This document shows positions 1 through 9,304 of a stretch of DNA of 64,000 nt, in pieces. Where the stretch lies: positions 62,001 through 126,000 of IMG/VR virus record IMGVR_UViG_3300042473_001265; one strand, 5' to 3'. A program made the translations under genes and the position numbers. Position 1 is the first letter of the stretch. The number at the start of each line of letters is the position of its first letter. The notes under the pieces were generated by a model. It saw nothing but the letters and a program-made list of their open reading frames with translations. It did no database searches and had not been told where the DNA came from.

Positions 1-705
1 AGTCAGCGGGCCCATTGCGCTGGAAAGAAGAAGCAAAACGAAAGCGCAGAAATGGAAATGGTGTGTGAAATGTGTGGCCTGTGTGAAACACACGGCGATC
101 ATTCACAGGACAACTTGGATGAAGCATGCTGGGACACACACAAACAAGTTGGTATGAAGAAAAAAAGCAACAAAATGGTTCCCAACTGTGTGCCTAAAAA
201 CGAAGAAAAGGAGACCGCAATGACAGAAAATCAAGATGAATTGGCAAGAATACTGGAACTCAGCACAGGAGTAAGTGCAACAGATCGCGTGGAACTAAAC
301 GAAGAGTTTGATCTAATAGAGTCTATCATTGACAGTCTTGCAGATCGCAATGGGGTAGATGCAGAGACAATATGGGAAGACCTCGACTCACTGACAGATG
401 ATGAGTTGTATGTGTTTGCAGTGACTACGCCAATCATGGAAGATTGGCAAAAGGCCAACAAAAAGGATCGTACTGCCGGCATGAGTCAGAAAGCTGTCAA
501 CGCTTATCGCAGAGAAAATCCCGGGTCCAAACTAAAGACTGCTGTAACTACCAAGCCCAGCAAATTAAAGAAAGGTTCGAAGGCGTCGAAACGTCGTAAG
601 AGCTATTGCAGCCGCAGCCGTGGTCAAATGAAAATGCACAGCATCAGCTGTGCTAAAACTCCGGACAAGGCCATATGCAAAGCACGCCGTAGATGGAACT
701 GCTGA
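1..705 (+). CDS. 5'-truncated modular, basic phage protein, putative virion-internal polyprotein
   Basis: Frame is open from base 1 (SQRAHCAGKKK...) to TGA at 703-705. Short modules joined at x-x-E junctions; Lys/Arg/Cys-rich C-terminal module (KRRKSYCSRS...KARRRWNC). Confidence 0.7.
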   Translation, partial: SQRAHCAGKKKQNESAEMEMVCEMCGLCETHGDHSQDNLDEACWDTHKQVGMKKKSNKMVPNCVPKNEEKETAMTENQDELARILELSTGVSATDRVELNEEFDLIESIIDSLADRNGVDAETIWEDLDSLTDDELYVFAVTTPIMEDWQKANKKDRTAGMSQKAVNAYRRENPGSKLKTAVTTKPSKLKKGSKASKRRKSYCSRSRGQMKMHSISCAKTPDKAICKARRRWNC

Positions 706-706
706 C

Positions 707-994
707 ATGAGACTGTATGAATTTGCATTCGGTTCCGGCGTGGACGTCAATGAAAATCTTCGCGACTGGTTCAAAGATAAATGGGTACGCTTTGGTCCCG
801 ATGGTAAGATACGCGGCGACTGTGCTAGAGGGTCAGAATCTGAAGGCAAGCCCAAGTGTTTGCCACAGTCCAAAGCACATGCACTGGGCAAGAAAGGTCG
901 TGCAAGTGCAGCAGCCAGAAAACGCAGACAAGATCCCGACGCCAATCGTTCAGGCCCAGCAATAAATGTCAGTACAAAAGGAAAGAAAAAATGA
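707..994 (+). CDS. small basic phage protein (MRLYEF...WFKDKWVR module)
   Basis: ATG at 707 directly follows the previous stop; stop overlaps the next ATG (ATGA at 991-994). Confidence 0.7.
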   Translation: MRLYEFAFGSGVDVNENLRDWFKDKWVRFGPDGKIRGDCARGSESEGKPKCLPQSKAHALGKKGRASAAARKRRQDPDANRSGPAINVSTKGKKK

Positions 995-2529
995 ACATAA
1001 ATGATATCATTACAGAATCACAACAAAAATGTCCGCACTGTGGTGGACCTGTGGTGGAATATTCAGAACTAGGCGAGGGCAAAAAAGATGCCTGCTACTA
1101 CAAGGTCAAGGCATCGGCCAAAGTATGGCCCAGTGCCTATGCATCCGGTCGATTAGTTCAGTGTCGCAAAAAAGGTGCTGCCAACTATGGCAACAAGTCA
1201 GAAGGTGTGGCGGAAGGCTTATTAAACGAATTCGCACCAGGTGGAGCTGAAGGTGCTGGACCATATGCATATGGTATAGCTCTAAAAGAAATGGCAAAAT
1301 TGTATGCTGAAGGTGAGTTTGATTTAGTTGACGTCAGCGGCATGGACACAACAAGTCAAAACCAAAGTGATGCCGAAGAAATAAACAGCGTAGCAGATGC
1401 TTTTATCAATCGTGGAATGGAAGCTGGTAGAGAAGCATACCGCATGGTTGACACCATGGTGCAAGAGGACATGGATGAATACCTTGACGGCCAAGGATTC
1501 AATGTTGATGCTGATATCCATGTTGCATACAAAAATGACGTTGACCGTTATAATGCTTCTCCAGAGGGTCAGGCAGGAATCGCTGCGCATGAGGCTCGAC
1601 GAGAAGCCTGGCGGCGGTCAAAGCCGGCCAACCAAGTGATAATACAAGCAATTGATCCCAAAGGCAATTTGCCCATTGACAACACTCGCGTAGTGTTTGA
1701 TGCTAGAGAGTTTAACCTTGAGCCTGGCTTTCTTAAATACTCAATTGAACAAGATATTAAAAAGATCAAAAAGACAGCACCCGGTAGCTTGATTCAAATC
1801 ACCTTGGGCGGCAAACCAACTGATATTCAGGGTATTCTTGACCAATATAAACAGCTCAGCAAGGGGCCACACGATGTGGCGGAAAACTTTGCTGATGGGC
1901 GAAATCCCCAAGACAAGGGCGATGCCAAGCGTCACGGTATCAACACCAAGGCCAGTGTAAGCAGTCTACGCAAAACTGCCAAGCAAGGTGGACGCAAGGG
2001 ACAACTGGCACACTGGCTGGCCAACATGAAATCAGGCCGAGCCAAAAACGAAGGTGTGACAGAAAACACCGAGCCAGAAATGTTGTTCTACGCCAAATTG
2101 CCAGAGGGCACAAAAGTATATGCACGAGTAAAAGATGAACAGCAGTTGGCCAATCTACAACAACAGTATCGCGGCGCTGAAATCAAGACTTTTGATTTTC
2201 AGCGTCCTGATGTGCAGAAATGGCTGGAGGCCCGCAGAATCAATCTACGCAAATTTACACCGGGTATGGTACAAACCATGTATGATGTGATGGAAGCAGC
2301 ACACACCACCAATTTTAACGACGACGACTGGTATGAAATCAATCCTGACACCAAGACCATTGTGAGTCAGCGCGGGCCGCAGGCATATCACATGCCGTTT
2401 GGACAGCGACAGATCACCCTGCCCAATGGCAACATAGTTGTCAGAGGCATGCGAGCCAAAGGCATGGGTCTGGACACCGGACTTGGCAAACCGCAACAGA
2501 AAGAAGACGGTACCTGGGGCGCACTGTAA
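991..2529 (+). CDS. modular phage polyprotein, putative virion-internal protein
   Basis: ATGA-coupled start MNINDIITE. Modules separated by GVAEG, LNEF, VAEN, VTEN and VMEA junctions. Confidence 0.7.
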   Translation: MNINDIITESQQKCPHCGGPVVEYSELGEGKKDACYYKVKASAKVWPSAYASGRLVQCRKKGAANYGNKSEGVAEGLLNEFAPGGAEGAGPYAYGIALKEMAKLYAEGEFDLVDVSGMDTTSQNQSDAEEINSVADAFINRGMEAGREAYRMVDTMVQEDMDEYLDGQGFNVDADIHVAYKNDVDRYNASPEGQAGIAAHEARREAWRRSKPANQVIIQAIDPKGNLPIDNTRVVFDAREFNLEPGFLKYSIEQDIKKIKKTAPGSLIQITLGGKPTDIQGILDQYKQLSKGPHDVAENFADGRNPQDKGDAKRHGINTKASVSSLRKTAKQGGRKGQLAHWLANMKSGRAKNEGVTENTEPEMLFYAKLPEGTKVYARVKDEQQLANLQQQYRGAEIKTFDFQRPDVQKWLEARRINLRKFTPGMVQTMYDVMEAAHTTNFNDDDWYEINPDTKTIVSQRGPQAYHMPFGQRQITLPNGNIVVRGMRAKGMGLDTGLGKPQQKEDGTWGAL

Positions 2530-2565
2530 CACCCACAGCCGCAGCAGATTCTCATAAGTAACAGT

Positions 2566-2754
2566 ATGAAAGCCAAAGAAATCATCAGCGGAGCAAAACT
2601 ATGGACTGCAAAGATCCGTATTGAAAACCCACGCTATGTTTCTTTGGTTGATGTAACAACCTGGGCTCCCAACGCAGCAACAGCCCGTAATATCTTTAAA
2701 TCCCAATATAATATTCAAGATTGGCACATCGGGTCAATCAAACAAGTTCAGTAA
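2566..2754 (+). CDS. hypothetical protein
   Basis: 62-aa ORF preceded by a TAAGTA late-promoter-like motif. Confidence 0.6.
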   Translation: MKAKEIISGAKLWTAKIRIENPRYVSLVDVTTWAPNAATARNIFKSQYNIQDWHIGSIKQVQ

Positions 2755-2772
2755 ACTGCTACTAAATACAGC

Positions 2773-3054
2773 ATGAAACAGTTTGTTCGTGTATTGTGTG
2801 ATGTCAGTTGTGACTGGACAGGTACGCCGCCGGTGTACCGTGTGTATGTGGACGACGAATTGTTTGCTGAACGCACCTGGATCTGGCGTGATCAATATCT
2901 GGAAGAAGCGTTGCAAATTGAAGCTGAGCCCGGTGAATACACCATCACATATCAACTGGACAACACAGACACAGCAGTCATCCATGCTGACAACATGCGT
3001 GTGGATTATGGCACAGGCAAAATTAAAAACAATATATTAAGGATCAGCCGATGA
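2773..3054 (+). CDS. hypothetical protein
   Basis: 93-aa ORF preceded by TAAATA; stop overlaps the next start. Confidence 0.6.
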   Translation: MKQFVRVLCDVSCDWTGTPPVYRVYVDDELFAERTWIWRDQYLEEALQIEAEPGEYTITYQLDNTDTAVIHADNMRVDYGTGKIKNNILRISR

Positions 3055-3248
3055 GAGCAGCTGAATTCGTCAAAGAAGACGCCTCCGGAGGCAGCACCAG
3101 TGCTGGCTCCATTGCCCCTGTGGCCATGCCGCTAGGTGGAACGATCACAAGAACTGGTGGCAGTTTCTTTTCTGGTAAATACACAACGGATCCAACACCC
3201 AATACTCCGAGCTATATGAAAAAAGGAAAGAAACGCCGTGCTAACTGA
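3051..3248 (+). CDS. small protein with a capsid-targeting-like N-terminus (MRAAEFVKE)
   Basis: 65-aa ORF translationally coupled on both sides. Confidence 0.6.
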   Translation: MRAAEFVKEDASGGSTSAGSIAPVAMPLGGTITRTGGSFFSGKYTTDPTPNTPSYMKKGKKRRAN

Positions 3249-3678
3249 ACAACTAAAAACCTTGCTTGCAAGCCAATTTGCTTACTATTTAAAAGCTCAA
3301 TACTTTCACTGGAATGTGGAAGGATCAGACTTTGCACAACTACACAAATTCTTTCAAAAAATCTACGAAGATGCCTACAGCGCCGTGGATCCCATAGCCG
3401 AATACATTCGCAGTCTAGATGAATACGTCCCGGGCAGTCTTGCTCGTTATGCTGAATTATCAATCATACAAGATCAAACAAAAGTGCCACGGGCCAAACT
3501 GATGATACAAGAACTGCTGGCCGACAGTGAACCAATGATTGCTCTGTTAAACAGTTGCTTTGCTGAGGCAGAAGCTGAAAACAAACAGGACATTGCCAAC
3601 TTCATGGCTGAACGATTGAGTCAGCAGAACAAATATGCCTGGCAATTGCGCAGTTTCTTAAAGGACGCTAGGGAGTAA
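3238..3678 (+). CDS. dps: Dps / ferritin-like DNA-protection protein
   Basis: Dps signature YFHWNVEG..F..LH.FF..IYE...D.IAE.IR; GTG start. Confidence 0.85.
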   Translation: MLTEQLKTLLASQFAYYLKAQYFHWNVEGSDFAQLHKFFQKIYEDAYSAVDPIAEYIRSLDEYVPGSLARYAELSIIQDQTKVPRAKLMIQELLADSEPMIALLNSCFAEAEAENKQDIANFMAERLSQQNKYAWQLRSFLKDARE

Positions 3679-3679
3679 C

Positions 3680-4378
3680 ATGGACGAAATCTACACTATA
3701 ATGCAACGCCTGGCCTTGATTGAAGGCAGCATTACTCCTGCCAGTGTCAAAACTGGGCTGAATGCTCAACAAAAGTCGGTGCCGCAGATGCCGGCCCTGT
3801 ACAAAATGCCCAGCCAGGGTCCTGTGTTGGGCGGCAACCCCAATAAAAAAGTTCCAGGCAGCAGCTACATGGTCGGCTCAGGTGAAGGTGTAGACAATCC
3901 AGAAGATGTGTTGGAAGAAGAGGTCACCATCGAAGACCGGTTAGACAAAGTTAAAAAATCTTTTGCCGAGTATCTTGACAGTGTTGCTGAGGAAAAACAC
4001 GACACGGACTTGAAAGAAAAAGTCAAGAATGACAGTGACATCAAAGAAAAAAATACCAAAGACTCCAGCATCATAGCCAAACAGATTGTTGCTGTTGCAG
4101 AAAATCCAACAGAAGAAGATCCTGTTGTTCAGATGCCCACTGCCCCGGTTCAAGAACCCATCTACACAGAATCAGCACCGGTCAAGACACTGGCCTTGGA
4201 AGACGGTCGTGTGTGCGAAATACACGGCGACGAGCGTCGTGGATTTGAAATACGACACAACGGCCGTTCAATGAAGAGCCGTTTTAAAAATTTAGACCAA
4301 GCACACATGGCATTGGAAATGTATCTGGGGCGTGACAAAGCAACAGACGAGTCAGCAGATTATATAGAGGAAGCATAA
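3680..4378 (+). CDS. hypothetical acidic phage protein
   Basis: 232-aa ORF tightly packed between its neighbours. Confidence 0.65.
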   Translation: MDEIYTIMQRLALIEGSITPASVKTGLNAQQKSVPQMPALYKMPSQGPVLGGNPNKKVPGSSYMVGSGEGVDNPEDVLEEEVTIEDRLDKVKKSFAEYLDSVAEEKHDTDLKEKVKNDSDIKEKNTKDSSIIAKQIVAVAENPTEEDPVVQMPTAPVQEPIYTESAPVKTLALEDGRVCEIHGDERRGFEIRHNGRSMKSRFKNLDQAHMALEMYLGRDKATDESADYIEEA

Positions 4379-7300
4379 TGATTTTAAATGAGCTGTATAA
4401 ATTAAACGAGTTGAGTCCAGACACCTTGGCCAGTTACAAAAAAGCTGCTGGTGCCGATGCCACTGCTGCTGATGCGGCCGGTGATTATGCTCGTGGCAAC
4501 AAGAGATTCAAGGGCATTGTCAAAGCAACCAAGAAACAGTTTGCCAACGATACCAAAGGTGTGACAGAAAACCGTGAGTACAGTTCAGTGACCAATGCTA
4601 TCACTCGCAGAATCATAACACAACATCCCGAAGTGTTGGCCAAATACGGCCCCGATGTGGTTGGAATGGCCATTGACGAAATTGCAGACTTCGTAGGCGA
4701 TGTTGACGAAATTGGGTCAAGCGATGTTTCGGGCTGGACCAGTCAACTCATTCGTAGTCTGGCTAGATTTCCTCCGCTAAGAGAGCAAGGTGTGGCGGAA
4801 AAGTTAGGCGATAATAGACCCAAACTAGGCAGCGGTCGCGATCGTGGCAAGAGTGTTCGCAAATGGCGCCAGGACCGTGGCCTGGACGAGTCGGGCATGG
4901 CGGGAGGTCATAATAATTCTAAAACAATAATTACTGAGCCAAACAAACGCATACGAATTGACGAATCCTTGCTGTTGCAAGATCCTGTTTATCGCAGTTT
5001 CAAGCAAGTGGGACGCTATCTTGCCGAACGCCGCATGAGCGAAAAAGAAATTCTACAGGTGTTTGCCGACGCAGAAGCAGGAATGACCAACACAGCAACT
5101 GGCACTAATCGTACCATGCTGGGACGCGGCAAAGACAAGGCCACAGATCTTGCAGCCAGTATCAGAGATTCGGTCAACACGGTGTTGAGCGGTGTACAGA
5201 ATTCTGTGCCTGTGTCAGCAGTTGACACTGCTTATGATCAGGCCACTGATGCCCTGGCTGGCCTGGCCGGCGGACAAAAAGGTGCAGTAATGCAGGCGAT
5301 CAAAAAGTATCGCATGCTGGTAAAGAAATATCCCAAGTCTGCTGGATTTGCCAAAGCAGCATTGGTGGCCATTACAGGCCTGGCCACAGGTGGTGCAAGT
5401 CTTCCAGTCATTGCTGGCCTAACCTATGCCCTGGACGCAGCAATCAAAGGCGAAAAACTAAGCAGTGTGTTTGGCAAAGGTGCAGGTGCAGCAGCATTGG
5501 CCTGGGCAGGTCAATCTATTGCTGGTATGTTTGGGGCAGACCCAGCAGCTGGTGCGGCGGCCGCTGGTACCGATCCAGCTGCCGCGGCGTCTACATTTGT
5601 ACCTGGTCCTGACTTGCCTACATACACTGTGCAAGCCGGCGACACACTGAGTCAGATTGCTCAAGCAAACGGTGTATCGGTACAAGAACTAGTTGGGCTA
5701 AATCCACAATTGGCAGCAGACGCTGGCGCAGTAGGTGGCCAGAATCTCAATCCTGATGTGATATTTCCTGGACAAGAAATCACCTTGCCGCCTGCATCAG
5801 GAGCCGACGTTTATGCCGGCGGCGTGGGTACCAATGCCAACACCATGGCCGACATTGCCAAAGGCAATGTGCCTGACAGTTCTATCACACAAACTGGAAG
5901 CCTGGAACGCCTAGGAGGGGTTGACGCTGCTGATGTGAGTCAAGCTGCTGCTGATCCAGGAAAATATTCTGCTCCTATTGATTACAGTCAATCAGGACCA
6001 ACCAGCACTGACTCACTGGGACAAAAATTAGAATACGGCATTCCTGTCAACGACAAGGGTAGTTTTATTCCACCAAACGCTGGTTTGCCCGCTGACGAAC
6101 TGGCCAGACAAACAGCCGCATATGATGCCTGGAAGGCAGACTTTACCAAACGTTTTCCAAGTGCTGAACTACAGCCAGACGGATCTATGAAAGCTACCAA
6201 ACCAGGCCTAGCGCCCATGTATCCATCAAACTACACACCCGGCAGCGGCGGCAGCGGTTCAATAAGACCAAAAGGATTCACAGAATCTGTCAAGTTAATA
6301 AGATTGCCGGTCAGTCAGTTGATTGACAAAAAAACAACCATCTTGAATTGGAAATTGAACGAAAGCATAGGACGCAAGAGCAAAACTGTGAACTTAACCA
6401 CTGCTGGCGCCTACACAGTGTTTGAAAACGTTGACCGATACCGTAAAGCCATCATGGAACTCAAGGGTGTGCCTGGAAGCACACGCCCGGCATTGTATCG
6501 TCCCGACATGGCGGGTGCTCCAGTTGCACCTGCAGCCAAAAAACCCGGCCTGCTGAGCCGTGGGCTCAGCAAAGTAGGTGGTGCACTGAGCACATTTGGT
6601 CGTCAATTTACTACCAACGTGACCAAAGAAAAACTCAAGATGAACTGGCATCAAAAGGGAAAACCCAGTGATTCAGATCAATTGGCTGCTTGGTTGGTCA
6701 CACAAGGCGTGCCACAAGAAGTGGTAACTTCAGTTTACAGTAAAATGGGTCTACCAGTTGCTGCTGCTACAGTAACAGCTACACCAACAGCACCAACAGT
6801 AGCTACGCCAACAGCACCGACAACTGCTACACCAACAGCACCGACAACTGCTACACCAACAACAGCTACCGCCACTACAACCAAGCCAACAGCACCCGCA
6901 GCAGCAGCTGGCAAATTTCCAGGTGAGGATCCACAAGGTGCTGGCTATGTTGGTCGTAGAGAAGTTGCTCGTCGTCAAGCTGCGCGAGCTGCAGGTGCTG
7001 CTAAACCTGCACCTGCCAAGACTCCTAATTTCAGTGGCCCTACTGGATATTCCAGTGTGAATACCACAGTCAAACAACCAGCAAAACAACCAGCTGTGGC
7101 GGAAGGTGCCATGCCAGCGGCAGTGATTCGAATCAAAGAAAAAATTCGTCAAATGTCCGACGCCGAAAAGAAAGAATACTTCCAAGGCAAGACACGAGAG
7201 CAATTGCAACAACTGGCTCGACGACATGGCTACGGCGAAAATAGCAATGTGTACGCCAAGTATGCTGCACAAGGCCTGAATGAATTTGCTCCCGGTTCAG

Positions 7301-8778
7301 GTGGTGGCGACGACGACATCGGCGATGATCCTTACAAGTATCCCACGCCAGAGTCATATCGTCGCAGTGCGGATTACTTTGGTCAATTTGAAGCAGATCA
7401 TTTTGATCGTGAAGACTTTGATGATGCCACTGGCGTGTTCAAAGGCTACTGGGGTGATAAACAGATCGCCTATTTCAAATTTAATAAGCCAACTCAAACT
7501 GGCGGCGACGACCCGGGTCGGGGCTGGTACTATGAACCCCAGTCAGACAGCAGTGACAACACCGGTACTGGACCTGCAGTTGATCGGTCTGATGAACGCA
7601 AGCAACAAGAGTTAGGCATGATCCGTGCGTTTTTAAAATCTGGCAATCGACCAAATCCAGACAGTCAAATTGGTCGATTGATGAAAAAACATGGCATAGA
7701 GGAAGATCTAAGCCGCAGAGGATTCTTACAAGGCTTAGGTGCAGCAGCCGCTGGTGCTGTTGGCGTTGGCGCTGCTGGTTCTGCTCAAGCACGATCAACC
7801 GATGCGTCACGAAAAGAAGATGCTGAGGCCTTGGCATTACTGGCCAAAGGTATGACTCCTGAACAAGTTGCTAAAAAATTAGGAGTTCCTGGACCAAATC
7901 ACGGGCAGACCCATCATATGGGTGGTCGGTGGGCTTCAATCAATCGGGCTGCGGCGCAGCTTCAACGACAACGAGGCGCTGAGATAAAAGAAGGTGTGTC
8001 AGAGTCAGCAGGCGACGAGTTAGAATCCATGTTGAAGTCTGCTGGACTCCCGATCAGGGCCATACATGAGGCTGCTCCTCGCTCCAACCAGATCTGGACA
8101 GGAAATAAGCCAGCAGCTACATTGCCAACAACAACAGCAGCGGCGGCAGCTCCCAAAAAACCTGGATTGCTAACACCAAATAAATCTAAAGAAGCTGCTT
8201 ACGCAGCAGCAAATAAAGCTAAAGCAGCAGCACCTGCGCCAGCAGCAGCAGTACCTGTAGCTGCACCTGTAGCTGCGCCAGCAGCATCTGTGGCTGCAAA
8301 AGAACCAACACCTGATTCACCAACTGCTAGATATAGCGGCAAGACTGGTGAGTTAACTGCTTACGGCGCAGAATTAGCAGCGAAAGAAAAAGCTGATATA
8401 CAAGCTGCCCAAGCAGCAGCAGCAGCAAATAAAGCTAAAGCAGCACCAGCTGCACCTGTAGCTGCGCCAGCAGCACCAACAACGACTGGCATGTTTCAGC
8501 CGCGAACAACTTCACCAGCAACTAATCCAGCAGGTAAGAAAGTAGATATTGTGCAAGCAGCAAACACTGCCATGGCCGCAGGTGGAAATCCAGAAGCCGC
8601 AGCAATAGCTGCAATGAAGGCTAAAAATCCTAAATTAGCTGCAATGATGGCACAGGCAGGATTAGATGATCAAGGTAATGATATTGCAGCAGCACCTGTG
8701 GCGGAAGATTCTCTTGCTGGCATGAAAAGATTAGCGGGCATTGCGTCTGTTAGCCCATACAACAAACTTGTTAACTGA
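4378..8778 (+). CDS. 1466-aa modular protein with a LysM domain, Ala/Pro/Thr-rich linkers and an internal twin-arginine-like segment
   Basis: LysM motif YTVQAGDTLSQIAQANGVSVQELVGLNP...IFPGQEITLP at 5623-5790; hydrophobic Gly/Ala segment at about 5340-5580; many x-x-E junctions. Confidence 0.8.
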   Translation: MILNELYKLNELSPDTLASYKKAAGADATAADAAGDYARGNKRFKGIVKATKKQFANDTKGVTENREYSSVTNAITRRIITQHPEVLAKYGPDVVGMAIDEIADFVGDVDEIGSSDVSGWTSQLIRSLARFPPLREQGVAEKLGDNRPKLGSGRDRGKSVRKWRQDRGLDESGMAGGHNNSKTIITEPNKRIRIDESLLLQDPVYRSFKQVGRYLAERRMSEKEILQVFADAEAGMTNTATGTNRTMLGRGKDKATDLAASIRDSVNTVLSGVQNSVPVSAVDTAYDQATDALAGLAGGQKGAVMQAIKKYRMLVKKYPKSAGFAKAALVAITGLATGGASLPVIAGLTYALDAAIKGEKLSSVFGKGAGAAALAWAGQSIAGMFGADPAAGAAAAGTDPAAAASTFVPGPDLPTYTVQAGDTLSQIAQANGVSVQELVGLNPQLAADAGAVGGQNLNPDVIFPGQEITLPPASGADVYAGGVGTNANTMADIAKGNVPDSSITQTGSLERLGGVDAADVSQAAADPGKYSAPIDYSQSGPTSTDSLGQKLEYGIPVNDKGSFIPPNAGLPADELARQTAAYDAWKADFTKRFPSAELQPDGSMKATKPGLAPMYPSNYTPGSGGSGSIRPKGFTESVKLIRLPVSQLIDKKTTILNWKLNESIGRKSKTVNLTTAGAYTVFENVDRYRKAIMELKGVPGSTRPALYRPDMAGAPVAPAAKKPGLLSRGLSKVGGALSTFGRQFTTNVTKEKLKMNWHQKGKPSDSDQLAAWLVTQGVPQEVVTSVYSKMGLPVAAATVTATPTAPTVATPTAPTTATPTAPTTATPTTATATTTKPTAPAAAAGKFPGEDPQGAGYVGRREVARRQAARAAGAAKPAPAKTPNFSGPTGYSSVNTTVKQPAKQPAVAEGAMPAAVIRIKEKIRQMSDAEKKEYFQGKTREQLQQLARRHGYGENSNVYAKYAAQGLNEFAPGSGGGDDDIGDDPYKYPTPESYRRSADYFGQFEADHFDREDFDDATGVFKGYWGDKQIAYFKFNKPTQTGGDDPGRGWYYEPQSDSSDNTGTGPAVDRSDERKQQELGMIRAFLKSGNRPNPDSQIGRLMKKHGIEEDLSRRGFLQGLGAAAAGAVGVGAAGSAQARSTDASRKEDAEALALLAKGMTPEQVAKKLGVPGPNHGQTHHMGGRWASINRAAAQLQRQRGAEIKEGVSESAGDELESMLKSAGLPIRAIHEAAPRSNQIWTGNKPAATLPTTTAAAAAPKKPGLLTPNKSKEAAYAAANKAKAAAPAPAAAVPVAAPVAAPAASVAAKEPTPDSPTARYSGKTGELTAYGAELAAKEKADIQAAQAAAAANKAKAAPAAPVAAPAAPTTTGMFQPRTTSPATNPAGKKVDIVQAANTAMAAGGNPEAAAIAAMKAKNPKLAAMMAQAGLDDQGNDIAAAPVAEDSLAGMKRLAGIASVSPYNKLVN
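6781..6861 (+). repeat. 24-bp coding tandem repeat (TPTAPTTA), about 3 copies
   Basis: Near-identical units of acaccaacagcaccgacaactgct. Confidence 0.8.
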
Positions 8779-8782
8779 TTCC

Positions 8783-9142
8783 ATGAGAGCTAGTGAATTT
8801 GCAATTGTGAAAGAAGGTGCAGTGGAGGATCTTGAAAAAGATCTCGACGATCCTAAGGGTTACAGCGCAATTGACCACATGATGCAGACCATTGCCAGAG
8901 ACCACGGCATCACCGGCAAACAATTGCACGATGCGTTTGTGGCCAAGCATGGCGTGATACCTGACCGGTGGACACGAGATCAACTGCGCGAATTGACTTT
9001 TCTTGGATCAGAATGCACCCGAGACTGTTCGGGACACAGAGCCGGATATGACTGGAGCAAACGCAAAGGACTAAAGCTGGGCAATAGTCCATGGAGTCCC
9101 AGTTTCAACAAAGGCGCTGCACTAGCAGTGGCAGGAAAATAA
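8783..9142 (+). CDS. hypothetical two-module protein (MRASEFAIVKE...)
   Basis: ATG at 8783 follows the stop at 8778; C-terminal CTRDCSGHRAGYDW module. Confidence 0.65.
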   Translation: MRASEFAIVKEGAVEDLEKDLDDPKGYSAIDHMMQTIARDHGITGKQLHDAFVAKHGVIPDRWTRDQLRELTFLGSECTRDCSGHRAGYDWSKRKGLKLGNSPWSPSFNKGAALAVAGK

Positions 9143-9149
9143 CAGAACA

Positions 9150-9240
9150 CACTACCTTAGGACCTTTGCGTTATATAAGTGTGCGCCGGCTGCTGGCGCA
9201 GTGAACCGAATTCGCTACTCGGCTTACTGGAAGTGAGCTT
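9150..9240 (+). ncRNA. candidate structured intergenic RNA of unknown class
   Basis: Hairpins TGCGCC-ggctgct-GGCGCA and CAGTGAACCGA-attcgctac-TCGGCTTACTG in non-coding DNA. Confidence 0.4.
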
Positions 9241-9255
9241 ATTACCAAAATGAGT

Positions 9256-9284
9256 TGACATCAACAAAATCCATGTTATAATAA
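9256..9284 (+). promoter_or_regulatory. sigma70-type promoter
   Basis: TTGACA-N17-TATAAT upstream of the ORF at 9305. Confidence 0.75.
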
Positions 9285-9304
9285 CTTTTTAATCGGAGTA
9301 TTCT

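Noticed and set aside
1206-1215. TGTGGCGGAA as a Chi-like site
   Set aside because: It clusters only at in-frame VAE junctions of one gene block rather than being dispersed as Chi sites are.
6781-8480. Ala/Pro/Thr tandem repeats as a non-coding repeat locus
   Set aside because: They are in-frame low-complexity linkers of the 1466-aa protein.
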